From: Ranitomeya imitator
Taxonomy: Eukaryota
Assembly (NCBI RefSeq): GCF_032444005.1
Contig: NC_091288.1
Coordinates: forward strand, 59,954,001 to 60,018,000
Direction of reading: 5' to 3'
Length of the DNA stretch: 64,000 nt
Shown: in pieces, positions 1-12,147 of the stretch
How positions within the stretch are numbered: the stretch's first letter is position 1
How the letters are laid out: each line of letters opens with the position of its first letter
Made by a program: the position numbers and the translations under genes
The notes under the pieces: model-generated
What the model was told of the DNA's origin: nothing
What the model saw: only the letters and a program-made list of their open reading frames with translations
Databases searched by the model: none

Positions 1-755
1 CACCACGGCATGTTATAGAAAAAACGAGAGTTCTGGATGTGTGTGTGTAGGCTGACCATGTTGCTATGGGTAACTTCACCTTTAGGCCGGTTCCATTCCA
101 CTCCTCAAAAGGTCCATTAGACTTCAAGACAAGGACACCAGGCATTTTCATAAAAACAAGGCACTCTTTACTTGGCAGCACTCTTTACTTGGCAGCACTC
201 TTAGATGCACAAGGCAGCAGGCAGTACACTTTACAACTTCTTCTGTCTCATACAGAGGTATATTCTGGTTTTGGGCATTCACACTTTACATGTGGACAAT
301 AAACAAGCAGAGCAAATGAGATAAACCTCCATCTTTCCAGTGCAGGGACACACGAGTCAATATGTTACACTGTGAAACCTGCACCCAAACAGCAGTCTGT
401 GATCTGTAAACGAGAGTCTCTCTTCGAGCAGCTTCCCTCTACTGTGTCCTCAAAAAAGCAAGACCCTTCTCTATAGGGCCTGCCCCATCTGGCCAACACT
501 GGACTCTCGTCTTCCTTTAATTCTCCCCACTAATAGGTTTCACCCACTTGCCTGCTGAACTGGATGTCAGTCGCCTCTCAGGTTCCTTAATGATCGTTGG
601 TACCTTATGCCTTCTAGCTCCACACTAGTTCTCTACCTATCTATATCTCAGCATATTCTCCTCTCTTCTCTTACTCCCCTCTTACTTTACTTGCTCCTTC
701 AATCTCTCACTACCCAGAGATTCCCAATCCTCCTCCCCACTATGGGCCTGCTTTA

Positions 756-1509
756 TGGTATGTTCACACGTTCCTGATTTCCATCCTTTTTTTTTCAGGA
801 CTGTTTTTTAAAAAACTGCAGCTCTTGGCAGAAAACGCAGGTCCTTTTTTTGGTCCTTTTTTTTATGCGTTTTTTGATCCTTTTTTTGATCCTTTTTTTT
901 ATGCAGTTTTTAAAATGGCTGAAAATACCCTAACCCTACCCCTAACCGTACCCCTACCCCTAACCCTAACCCTACCCCTAACCCTAACCCTACCCCTAAC
1001 CCTAACCCTACCCCTATTCTAACCTTAGTGGAAAAAAAAAATTCTTAATTTTTTTTTATTGTCCCTACCTATGGGGGTGACAAAGGGGGGGGGGGTGTCA
1101 TTTACTATTTTTTTTTATTTTGATCACTGAGATATAACCTATCTCAGTGATCAAAATGCACTTTGGAACGAATCTGCCGGCCGGCAGATTCGGCGGGCGC
1201 GCTGCGCATGCGCCCGCCATTTTGCAAGATGGCGGCGCCCAGGGAGAAGACGGCCGGACGGACACCGGGACGCCGGGTAAGTATAAGGGGGGAGATTAGG
1301 GCACGGGGGGGCATCGGAGCACGGGGGGGGCAGCCACACTCCGCCCACGCACTTCCGCCCGCTTCCCCGCACTTCCTGCTGCAGCGGTTCGGCACCACAA
1401 ACCGCAGTAAAACCCGCAGATATTTTTTTCATCTGCGGGTTTTACTGCGGGTTTGACCTCACAATGGAGGTCAATGGGTGCAGAACCGCTGCGGCTCCGA
1501 AAAAAGACG
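756..1509 (+). mobile_element. Harbinger-like MITE with telomere-like repeats and CpG-rich core (copy 1, right end truncated)
   Basis: Starts (T)GGTATGTTCACACG after TTA. Near-identical over about 700 bp to the complete copy at 34862-35834. No matching right TIR here. Confidence 0.8.
928..1026 (+). repeat. Degenerate telomere-like (CCCTAA/CCCCTA)n tract inside MITE
   Basis: Direct reading: ccctaaccctacccctaacc... A shorter tract sits at the same position in copy 2 (35064-35120). Confidence 0.9.
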
Positions 1510-2673
1510 CATTTATATTAAACTCACTGATGTCTTCGGGGGGTGGGAGGGAACATGACAGTTGGTCCACCACCTCACAATGGTAGGGTATGCAGGCAGT
1601 CAGGAGAAACTATCAATCTGCATCAGGAGCAGCACCAGAAGTACCATGGGTAGCAGGATTGGCAACTTGACTTTTTATGTTTTCTAGATGAATTATCAAA
1701 AAATCAGACAGACAATATTTTTTACGGACACACTGGAAAACCATAATAAATCTTTATGATTATAAGTGATACATGTTTACAGCCCATAATTCTTACATGA
1801 AGGCATTATCTGCATTCACTCTAAACACTAAAATGAATTGCAGTAAAAAAAAAAAACATCTGTATAAGTTTCTTGATCTATAAAAAAATCACACGTCTTA
1901 ATTTTTTTTTTTTTTTTACAGACAGTGGAAAGAAGTTTCTTATTTTTAAATGGAATCTGTCACCCCCTGTGATGTTTTTAACCTATTAATATGGGTATAC
2001 GGGTGATAGAATGGTTAAACTAGTCATACCTGTATGCCCATATCTTCAGTCTTGTTGAGAGATCGGCTTTTATTTCTTTATTCTAATGATTTCTTTCAGG
2101 CTGTAGGGCGTGCAGAGCCTGGAATAAAACTTGCCATCTTCATTATCATACCAGCCCCCTCCCATCAGCGTGACACTGCGCTGTGACGTGTATTGGTGGC
2201 CCCAGGATCCCGCGCCTGTGCTGCAATAGTGCAATTATACGCTCCTTATTCACCCTTCTATGGGCATTGGCTTCATCGTTTTTCTGCCCTTCATCATTGT
2301 GGTTTGCACAAAAGATTATCATTCTCGTTAGCACATTATCCTGGGTAACACATCGTCCTGTGGGTCCAATGGTCGTCTATGTGCACAGAGCGTTTATTAC
2401 TGATTGTTCACTGGACATCTGAAGGGCCTATGTAAACAGACTATTAAACGACCGCCAACCAGTTGGCGGTAGTCTAAGGAACAACCATAAATCGGGTATC
2501 AGGAGGTCCAGGCACAGAGAACCAGGAACAAAGTCCAAAGCAACTGGAAATATTGACAAGTTATTTCCTGCAGTTTAGCTTACACTGACCTCCAGTGGCT
2601 CCACATGTTAATGCAGCCAAACATATCTATGAGGACACACAATACCAGTTTATCAGAAGCAATAAGCATCAAA

Positions 2674-2674
<1 letters not shown>

Positions 2675-2711
<37 letters not shown>
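2675..2711. repeat. (TAA)n microsatellite
   Basis: About 12 perfect TAA units. Confidence 0.95.
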
Positions 2712-3505
2712 CACTTTAGATACATTATAAAATGGTCAATAAATTCTGGTTCCAGTTAGTAACTTTGGCAAAAAAATGCTTTTCCAATTTGCTCTGATTT
2801 TATTTTTATTGGGCCACTTATGGATTTAACTTTCAAGCCTGAATGTGGCAGATTTATTAATTCTGTACAATATTTAGACTAGACAGTCGTAAAAGATGAC
2901 ACATTTAACACCATGACTAGCGCTTTATAATTTGTAGTTATATTTTGAATTGCAGCTTTTCTATAGACATCTTTCTAGGAAATGTTCCAAGGGCTTTGCT
3001 CCATAAGAGCCGCAGGTTAAAGACATAAGACATTTTCTGTTGCTTTACCTGCATGGGGCCATATTCACACACTGCATTTTTGCAGCGTTTTTTTGCCACG
3101 GAAATAAACACAGTGTTTTACAGTTCCAGTAAAGGCAATAATATTTTTTTAGTCTCGTGCACACGCCGCTTAATTTTTCTTTGGATTTTCTTTGTGGATT
3201 TGAATGATCAAAGCCATTTTTTCCAAATCTGCAGTATCGAAATTATTTCAGCTGTTTTCACCCATTCATTTTTTGGAGGAATAAATGATTAAAAACGCAT
3301 ATAAAACGCATGTTTTACCTGCCAACACTCTCAGAAAAATCCATTGCAAATATACGATGTGCATATGCCCCTAAACTGTTCAAAAAACGGCTTTAAAACA
3401 AAAACGAACAAAGCTGCAGCTTTAAAGAGTGATAAAAATGTGGAATTTCACAATGGAAAAAATGCAAAAATCTTTTGTTTTTTTAATCTAACTTTTTTCC
3501 TGTTA

Positions 3506-3522
3506 GCCACAAGGTGGCGCTG
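3506..3522 (+). promoter_or_regulatory. Candidate CTCF site
   Basis: GCCACAAGGTGGCGCTG matches the CTCF core CC(A/G)C(C/T)AG(G/A)(G/T)GGC(A/G) with one mismatch. Motif match only. Confidence 0.45.
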
Positions 3523-5009
3523 AATCCACAAGATCACAAAGCTACAGAGCATCATCTGAAATCCAAGAGTAGCAGCTGACACCAGAGCGATGATGGCAGC
3601 TTGGCATTGGGCCTATTCAGACACATCTAGTATTGGTGCATTTCAGGCATTTGTGCTCCTCTGGGGTACAATGTAGTCACCTTCCTGTAAGTGAAGCATT
3701 AGCCATTGCTGTACGGGTGACATTTCTCAGAATGAATTGCAAGTCTTATAAACCAGGACAGTGTGAATATACTGACTATACTAAGAAGGGATTTTAGGTG
3801 AAATAAAATGTGTTTGCATCTATCCCCCTTATAGACTAACCCCTGACAGAGCCTGACGTGTGTCACTTCATGTCTCTGGAATGATTGATTCTGAAATTTC
3901 ACAACAATTTTGAAAAACTTAAAATTTCCATGCCCTTAAAGAGAACATGTCACATTATTTTGTCATCGCAGGAGTCCGATGGTTACTAAGGGGGTCTTGC
4001 AACCCCTTTGCAACCAATTAAATACCGCTGTGAAGATTGACATCAGTATTTAAGGGGTTAATCGGCCCACATCAGCTTCAAAACTGGCTGGGGCGGATAC
4101 TGCACGGTGTCAGCTGTTGTGTACAGCTGACACCCGTGGAATTGTGGCTGCCGGGCGGGCTATTTCCTTATTCCTCAGCGACGTTAAAAAGTGGCGCTGA
4201 GGGATAAGGCTTCTTAATGACTGCCGTTAAAAGTCGTATCGGCAGTTGTTAAGGGGTTAAAGAGCTATTGATCACCTGTCTCGCTCCAGGGCTGGGCCCT
4301 GCTTTATTCCATCATGACCTCCGCCCTTTGCTGTGGTTTACGTCAAGTTTCACAAAATACCCAGCAAACTCCACTAACATCACCACACAAAGACTTTTAT
4401 GGCTGACTCAGTCACCCATGTGCGCCTGAGTATTCAGTAAGCTCTGTATCCAGGTACCATTGGCCCTGGAGTTTGCCTCACCTACCAGATCTCTCAGCTG
4501 CAATCATCTCTGCAAACTCTTCTTTATTCAATCAGCATTCACTGCATGGCTCACACCCGCTGTTAACCCTTTGTCTGCTGTAAGCATGACTCTTCTCTGG
4601 AGATGTTCACATTACACTCCATTCCGGCAGAGTTGTAACTTCCCTACTAACTAGATTGTCTTTTCACCACTGCTAACAGCTATCCATTTATTTGCTGATT
4701 AACTCTTCGTCGGCTCCAAACATAACTCTGCTGTGGAACTGTTCACACTGCAAAAGCTGCTGCAACTCCCGTATTGACCATACATCTTCAGCTCTGGTGT
4801 ATAATTACACTTCTGTCTCTTCTGCTGTTTGCTGCTCTGCTTGTCTGCCCGCTGCCTTGGTCCCTGCCATTGATCAAGTCCTGGCCGCTGTTACATTGCC
4901 TTTGGTTCATGTTGCCCACCTGACCAGCGGCTGACAGAATTTATCTTAGCAGGTGATCCTACAAGAAAACAGTATAAACGCAGTAATACTGCATGCAGTC
5001 AATAATTAA

Positions 5010-5732
5010 AGGAAACCTATCGTGAGGTTTTTGCCAAGATTATTCGTGTCCACCACCTTTTTAGCCATCTTTAATACCTGCGAGCATAGCTGCCTTGCAT
5101 GCAGTGTCGGACTGGAGAGCCTAGGGCCCACCAGTAACCAACTCCAGGGCCCCACTTTTCAACTTCATGCAAATGTGACATTATCATCAATCACGAATTT
5201 ATATAACAATGATCTGGGTAGATTGTTACATGAATAAGATGCTGAAATTGTCTGTACATAGTGATTCAAGTATATTGTGCCAAATACTGCTCATATAAGA
5301 GTGTGGTGGCCCACCGGAGGATTCTCCTGTTTTCCAGTTGGCCAGTCCAGGCCTGTCTGCATAGCTAGGAAAATGCCTGTTATAATTGTTCCAGACTGTG
5401 TTCATTGCCTACATTACCTTCACTCCTGTTCTCATTGATGTGGAGGACTTCATTCCCACAACTAATGAGTCTGCGCAGTCAGGAACAAGATGTGTAAAGA
5501 CACAACAGTCTCCTACGTTAACGAGGCAGGTGGGCTGCTGATTGGAGGCAAAAAGGACGCGCTGAGCATAATCCGGAGATACTGACTGAACCGCCGATCA
5601 GATGGCATGGGACAACTATAAAAGGCATTTTCCTAGGTATGTGGGGCAGCTGGGTTCACCTGAAGGGCTTGCAGCGGTGCTATTAAAGATGGCTAAAAGG
5701 TAATGGGTATAGCATTTAGCGACAGGTTCCCT
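5010..5732. mobile_element. Kolobok/T2-type MITE with a nested hAT-like MITE (about 5101-5355)
   Basis: TTAA|AGGAAACCT ... AGGTTCCCT|TTAA. Internal CAGTGTCGGACTGG ... CCAGTCCAGGCCTG ends. Confidence 0.6.
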
Positions 5733-6633
5733 TTAAGTGGTAGCAAAACTTTTGAGAAATAAAAGAAATGTAATTAGAAGCTTTTCTTGGTCTTCAATGA
5801 CGACTTCTAGGAAGGGTTCAACTAGATTAAATACCTCCAGGCTAATGAAATAATCTTCTTCAATCAAGACTAATTAGAACCATTTAATTAAACATATTAA
5901 ACTAATGGAGATTGAAGCAAAGTCATTTGAAATTCTGACTATCCGTGCTAGGAATACAAAAATGATAGCGGGTGTTACCACAGATCCTCACCCCGCTATG
6001 TATTTCATAGACCACTGACAAGTCTCCTAAAAGGGCACACATATTGTTAAAAGGGTTGGCCCGCAACAAAATACATTTTAATCAATAATTTCCACAATTT
6101 TCGTTTGATCTTATGTGAACCAGGACACTTTGTTATACACTGCTATATATGTGGTTAAATATAATTTTTCCACTTATATCACTATACACAAGTGGAGTCA
6201 TATTGAAGATATATTCCACAATCGGATGTGTTAAAAAAAAATGTTCCTGTGCTGAGATAATCTTATAAATGTGCCCCTGCCGAGTACTGTGTAATGGCCG
6301 TGTCTCACCGTGCAGGAACATGGTCTGATCATACCACATCTCCCAGGCATGGGAGTACGCAAAACAAAGTATACAGACAGGTCCGTAGAACCACTAGAAA
6401 GTGCAAAACGGCCATTGTCTGCACATGCAGTGCATTTTTTCCCCCATTGCCTGTATCCTCACTTTTAATATGCCATAATAGAGATTTAATCAAATTTGGA
6501 AATTGCCACTGGGAATCCTTTACCCTTGATATGAACATTTGGAACTCTTCACATACTGTAATAGCGGAGCATCTCGTCTTAGAATAAGGTAGTGCAACCT
6601 GATCGCGAAAATGTAATCTTCGTTGGATAATAG

Positions 6634-7140
6634 TGTGGCGCCCCTGCGGTCCGGCCGCCACAATGGTATCGCCTCCCTAACCGGTGGTGGTATCATGTCT
6701 GGAAGTAAATGGAGCTCCATACACTAAGTAAACCACACATCCACACACAAGCCTGATCCCTGACCAGAAGGGGGAGCACAAGCCCCTAGTTTTTAGGGTG
6801 ACTGCCTCTTCTGGCTGGGGGAGGAGTAAGAAAGAGAGCAGTGTAGTGAGGAAGGGCAGGGAAGAAGAAGCATGTGGAGTTTCTGGGGTTGAAGCTATGG
6901 AAGGCTCACCCTAGGATAGCGATGAGGAGGACACCAGAGTCCTGGGCTACCAGGGATTGCAAACTCAGAGAGCAGAATCTGGAGACCAGGGGGACTGCAG
7001 GTTCTCTGGCCACATTACAGAGGGCTCAGAGCTTGGACTGGGAGAACAGCTTGCAAAGAGCTCGCAATGTATGCAGGCTGTAACTGCTACAGAACAGGCA
7101 AGCAGAGTACAGATCAGTTCATAATAAGGCTTATTCTACC
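6634..7140 (+). mobile_element. Solo LTR, 5' part (broken by inversion)
   Basis: Begins TGTGGCGCCCC after ATAG and stops abruptly at the satellite. A candidate 3' part lies inverted at 11365-11515 with the matching ATAG. Confidence 0.55.
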
Positions 7141-9253
7141 CACTTGTATTGCGCCGATGCCGCACCCCGTCTAGTGACGCACCTGTGCAGTGGGCGTGGC
7201 CTCACTCCATACACTTGTACTGAGCCGAGGCTGCACCCCGTCTAATGACGTACCTGTGCAGTGGGCGTGGCCTCACTCCATACACTTGTACTGAGCCGAG
7301 GCTGCACCCCGTCTAATGACGTACCTGTGCAGTGGGCGCGGCCTCACTCCATACACTTGCATTGCGCCGAGGTCGCACCCCGTCTAATGACGTACCTGTG
7401 CAGTGGGCACGGCCTCACTCCATACACTTGCATTGCGCCGAGGTCGCACCCCGTCTAGTGCCGTACCTGTGCAGTGGGCGTGGCCTCACTCCATACACTT
7501 GTACTGAGCCGAGGCCGCACCCCGTCTAGTGCCGTACCTGTGCAGTGGGCGTGGCCTCACTCCATACACTTGTACTGAGCCGAGGCCGCACCCCGTCTAG
7601 TGCCGTACCTGTGCAGTGGGCGTGGCCTCACTCCATACACTTGTACTGAGCCGAGGCCGCACCCCGTCTAGTGCCGTACCTGTGCAGTGGGCGTGGCCTC
7701 ACTCCATACACTTGTACTGAGCCGAGGCCGCACCCCGTCTAGTGCCGTACCTGTGCAGGGGGCGTGGCCTCACTCCATACACTTGTACTGAGCCGAGGCC
7801 GCACCCTGTCTAGTGCCGTACCTGTGCAGTGGGCGCGGCCTCACTCTATACACTTGTACTGTGCAGAGACCACACCCCGTCTAGGGACGTACCTGTGCAG
7901 TGGGCGCGGCCTCACTCCATACACTTGTACTGAGCTGAGGCCACACCCCGTCTAGTGACGTACCTGTGCAGTGGGCGCGGCCTCACTCTATACACTTGTA
8001 CTGTGCAGAGACCACACCCCGTCTAGGGACGTACCTGTGCAGCGGGCGCGGCCTCACTCCATACACTTGTACTGGGCCGAGGCCTCACTCCATACACTTG
8101 TACTGAGCTGAGGCCACACCCCGTCTATGGACGTACCTGTGCAGTGGGCGTGGCCTCACTCCATACACTTGTACTGAGCAGAGGCTGCACCCCGTCTAGC
8201 GACATACCTGTGCAGTGGGTGCGGCCTCATTCCATACACTTGTACAGGGCCCAGGCCGCACCCTGTCTAGTGACGTACCTGTGCAGTGGGCGCGGCCTCA
8301 CTCCAAACACTTGTATTGAGCCGAGGCTGCACCCCGTCTAGTGACGTACCTGTGCAGTGGGCGCAGCCTCATTCCATACACTTGTATTGCGCCGAGGCCG
8401 CACCCAGTCTAGTGACGTACCTGTGCAGGGGGCGTGGCCTCATTCCATACACTTGTATTGCGCCGAGGCCGCACCCAGTCTAGTGACGTACCTGTGCAGT
8501 GGGCGTGGCCTCACTCCATACACTTGTATTGCGCCGAGGCCGCACCCTGTCTAGTGACGTACCTGTGCAGGGGGCGTGGCCTCATTCCATACACTTGTAT
8601 TGCGCCGAGGCCGCACCCAGTCTAGTGACGTACCTGTGCAGTGGGCGTGGCTTCACTCCACACACTTGTACTGAGCCGAGGCCGCACCCCGTCTAGTGAC
8701 GTACCTGTGCAGGGGCGCTGCCTCACTCCATACACTTGCATTACACCGAGACCGCACCCAGTCTAGTGACGTACCTGTGCAGTGGGCGTGGCTTCACTCC
8801 ACACACTTGTACTGAGCCGAGGCCGCACCCCATCTAGTGACGTACCTGTGCAGTGGGCGCGGCCTCACTCCATACACTTGCAGTGCACAGAGGTCGCACC
8901 CCGTCTAGTGACGTACCTGTGCAGTGGCCGTGGCCTCACTCCATACACTTGCATTGCGCCGAGGTCGCACCCCGTCTAGTGACGTACCTGTGCAGTGGCC
9001 GTGGCCTCACTCCATACACTTGCAGTGCACAGAGGTCGCACCCCGTCTAGTGACGTACCTGTGCAGTGGCCGTGGCCTCACTCCATACACTTGCATTGCG
9101 CCGAGGTCGCACCCCGTCTAGTGACGTACCTGTGCAGTGGGCGCGGCCTCACTCCATACACTTGCATTGCGCCGAGGCCGCACTCTGTCTAGTGACGTAC
9201 CTGTGCAGGGGGCGTGGCCTCGCTCCATACACTTGTACTGAGCCAAGACCTCA
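7141..9253 (+). repeat. 71-bp satellite array 1 (about 30 units)
   Basis: Unit GTGACGTACCTGTGCAGTGGGCGTGGCCTCACTCCATACACTTGTACTGAGCCGAGGCCGCACCCCGTCTA. The period is confirmed by ORF starts spaced 71 bp apart (e.g. 7261, 7332). Confidence 0.97.
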
Positions 9254-9255
9254 GA

Positions 9256-9411
9256 TAAATGCCGCTGTCAGAGCATGCAGCGGTATTAAACTAATTAATA
9301 GGCACGGGTGGAACGCGATTCTGCCCACGCCTATTGCAGGCACATGTCAGCTGTTCAAAACAGCTGACATGTCCCAGCTTTGATTTGGGCTCACCGCCGG
9401 AGCCCATATCT
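9256..9411 (+). mobile_element. Fragment (3' part) of piggyBac-like non-autonomous element
   Basis: TAAATGCCGCTGTCAGAG...CAGCTGTTCAAAACAGC...GAGCCCATATC aligns by eye to 17427-17580 of the intact copy. Confidence 0.75.
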
Positions 9412-9512
9412 AACATTGCCTGTTTTCTTTTATAGCCCTAACTGGACTTATTCATCTATTTCCTTCTTCTTTCCATCGCAGATCTTACCACAAAGTCAGT
9501 ATACCTTTCTAA

Positions 9513-9707
9513 GGCCGGGATCACACACTACGAGATACGGCCGAGTCTCGCAGGTTAAAAACAAGCTCTGGCCCCGGCCCTCCAGAGCGGAGCGTGCGGC
9601 CGCATAGCAATACATGGAGCCGCACGCTCCGCTCCGTAGTCCCGGTGCCAGAGCTTGTTTTTAACCTGCGAGACTCGGCCGTATCTTGCTGTAGTTTGAC
9701 TCTGGCC
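9513..9707. mobile_element. Palindromic Harbinger-like MITE
   Basis: TAA|GGCC...GGCC|TAA. Almost the whole element is an inverted repeat. Confidence 0.8.
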
Positions 9708-9751
9708 TAACGGCTTGATCTGGATACCTAGGTCTCTTGAGACTATAAGAA

Positions 9752-9755
<4 letters not shown>

Positions 9756-9807
<52 letters not shown>
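9756..9807. repeat. (TA)n microsatellite
   Basis: About 26 TA units. Confidence 0.95.
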
Positions 9808-9809
<2 letters not shown>

Positions 9810-10256
9810 GTATATGTTTCATGCATTGAATGCGTTTCTTTTGAATCTTTCCTGCTCCCCCTATGCATCAAAAATTTCAGAGATATTGTAATAGTATACT
9901 CCGCTCCCCCTTCTTTGTAGCATATTAGATCACTATAATACTGTATATATTTCCTTGTAAAATTTATCTTTAGGGTTCTGCTTTGGAAGTTATTATGTCT
10001 CAAGTATGGAGGGTTTAATGTCATATGTAGGTATTCCATGCATTGAACGTGTTGCTTTTGAATCGGTCTTGCCCCTCCTGCACCTATGAGCCAAAATAAC
10101 TCCAGAGATACTAGAATAGTAGGCCCTGTATATATTTCCTTGAATTATTCGTTTGTGGATGTCTTCTTTGGGAGTTATTCTGTTTCTAGTATAGAGTGTC
10201 TAATCTCATTTGAATATTTTAACATGTATTTATGTACAGCACATTTATACAATGTA

Positions 10257-11133
10257 CCGTATATACTTGAGTATAAGCCGACCCGAGTATAAGCCGACCC
10301 CCCTAATTTTGCCACAAAAAACTGGGAAAACTTATTGACTCGAGTATAAGCCTAGGGTGGAAATGCAGCATTTACCGGTGAATTTCAAAAATAAAAATAG
10401 ATTATTTCCCCATCGCTGTGCCATATAGTGCTCTGCACCGTTCATATTGCCCCATATCTGTGCCCCATATAGTGCTCTGCACCGTTCATATTGCCCCATA
10501 TCTGTGCCCTATATGCTCTGCACCGTTCATATTTCCCTATAGATGCTCCACATAAATCTGTGCCGCTGCTGCAATAAAAAATAAAAAAAAGCCATACTCA
10601 CCTCTCTTGATTGCAGCTCCCAGCGTCTCGTTCCGCGCACACTATATGCGTCATCGCGCCCTCTGACCTGCACAGTCAGAGCGGAGGTAGACGCCGGGGA
10701 GATGGAGCGGCGCCCGGCGGCTGGAACGGGGACAGGTAAGTATGACATACTTACCTAGTCTCAGCGATCCTGGCGCTCCCCGCCTGTCACAAGGTCTTCT
10801 GTGCTGCAGCTCTTCCTGTCAGCGGTCACCGGCACCGCTGATTAGAGAAATGAATAGGCGGCTCCACCCCTATGGGAGGTGGAGCCGCCTATTCATTTCT
10901 CTAATGAGCGGTCCCACGTGACCGCTGAAGAGGGGAAGAAGCTGCAGCACCCGGAGACCGTGGGACGGCAGGGGGAGCGCCAGGATCGCTGGGACTAGGT
11001 AAGTATGCCTCAGCGCCCTCTCCCCCTCACCCGCCGACCCCACCGCTACCGTGACTCGAGTATAAGCCGAGAGGGGCACTTTCAGCCCAAAAATTTGGGC
11101 TGAAAATCTCGGCTTATACTCGAGTATATACGG
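10257..11133 (+). mobile_element. Tc2/pogo-like MITE (877 bp)
   Basis: TA|CCGTATATACTTGAGTATAAGCCGA ... TCGGCTTATACTCGAGTATATACGG|TA. CCGTA termini with a TA target are typical of TcMar-Tc2. Internal tandem repeats at about 10410-10530. Confidence 0.85.
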
Positions 11134-11364
11134 TATTTATTTTACAGTGAGGTTTTGACAAAGGTCGCCCCTGATCAAAACGTTAACCTTATTGTCTGCA
11201 ATCTACAGGTGTCATTAAGCACCTAGTTATGTCTGTACGCACGAATAAAGAAACAATATTTTTTGCATAATTTTCAACGATTTGAGTGCAGCTGATTCTC
11301 TTACGAATATTTGAAGCCCATATCAAAGGGGGGGTTCTGCCATCGGACGTACTATTCCTACTAT

Positions 11365-11515
11365 TGTGTGACAGCACTTATGAATCCCCCAGCGCATGCA
11401 CTGTGCGCTGCTGGGATTCGCCGGTTTATGACCTGGGACTGGAGGGTATGTATACATTATACATACTCCCGGCCAGAGCCTGTCTAGTGGGTGCAATCTT
11501 GCTTTCATACACTTG
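11365..11515 (-). mobile_element. Solo LTR, 3' part (inverted)
   Basis: On the minus strand it ends ...GCTGTCACACA followed by ATAG, the same 4 bp that precede the LTR start at 6634. Confidence 0.45.
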
Positions 11516-12147
11516 TATAGAGTGAGGTCACGCCCTCTAGTCAGCCACGCCCACTTCAAGGGTACGTCACTAGACCGGGTGCGGTCTCGGCTCAGCACAA
11601 GTGTATGGAGCAAGGCCACGCCCCCTGCACAGGTACGTCACTAGACAGGGTGCGGTCTCGGCGCAATGCAAGTCTATGGAGTGAGGCCACACCCCCTGCA
11701 CAGGTACGTCACTAGACGGGGTTCGGCCTCAGCTCAGTACAAGTGTATGGAGTGAGGCCACACCCCCTGCACAGGTACGTCACTAGACGGGGTGCGGCCT
11801 AAGCTCAGTACAAGTGTATGGAGTGAGGCCACACCCCCTGCACAGGTACGTCACTAGACGGGGTGCGGCCTAAGCTCAGTACAAGTGTATGGAGTGAGGC
11901 CACACCCCCTGCACAGGTACGGCACTAGACGGGGTGCGGCCTCAGCTCAGCACAAGTGTATGGAGTGAGGCCACACCCCCTGCACAGGTACGGCACTAGA
12001 CGGGGTGCGGCCTCAGCTCAGCACAAGTGTATGGAGTGAGGCCACACCCCCTGCACAGGTACAGCAGTAGACGGGGTGTGGCCTCGGCTCAGTACAAGTG
12101 TATGGAGTGAGGCCGCGCCCGTTGCACAGGTACGTCACTAGACAGGG

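Noticed and set aside
928-1026. True telomere or chromosome-fusion scar
   Set aside because: Short, degenerate and embedded at the same position in two copies of a MITE.
11148-11200. TTGACAAAGG...CAAAACGTT as a third hammerhead
   Set aside because: Resembles a PLE terminus, but the CUGANGA and GAAA cores are both mutated and no helix I is evident.
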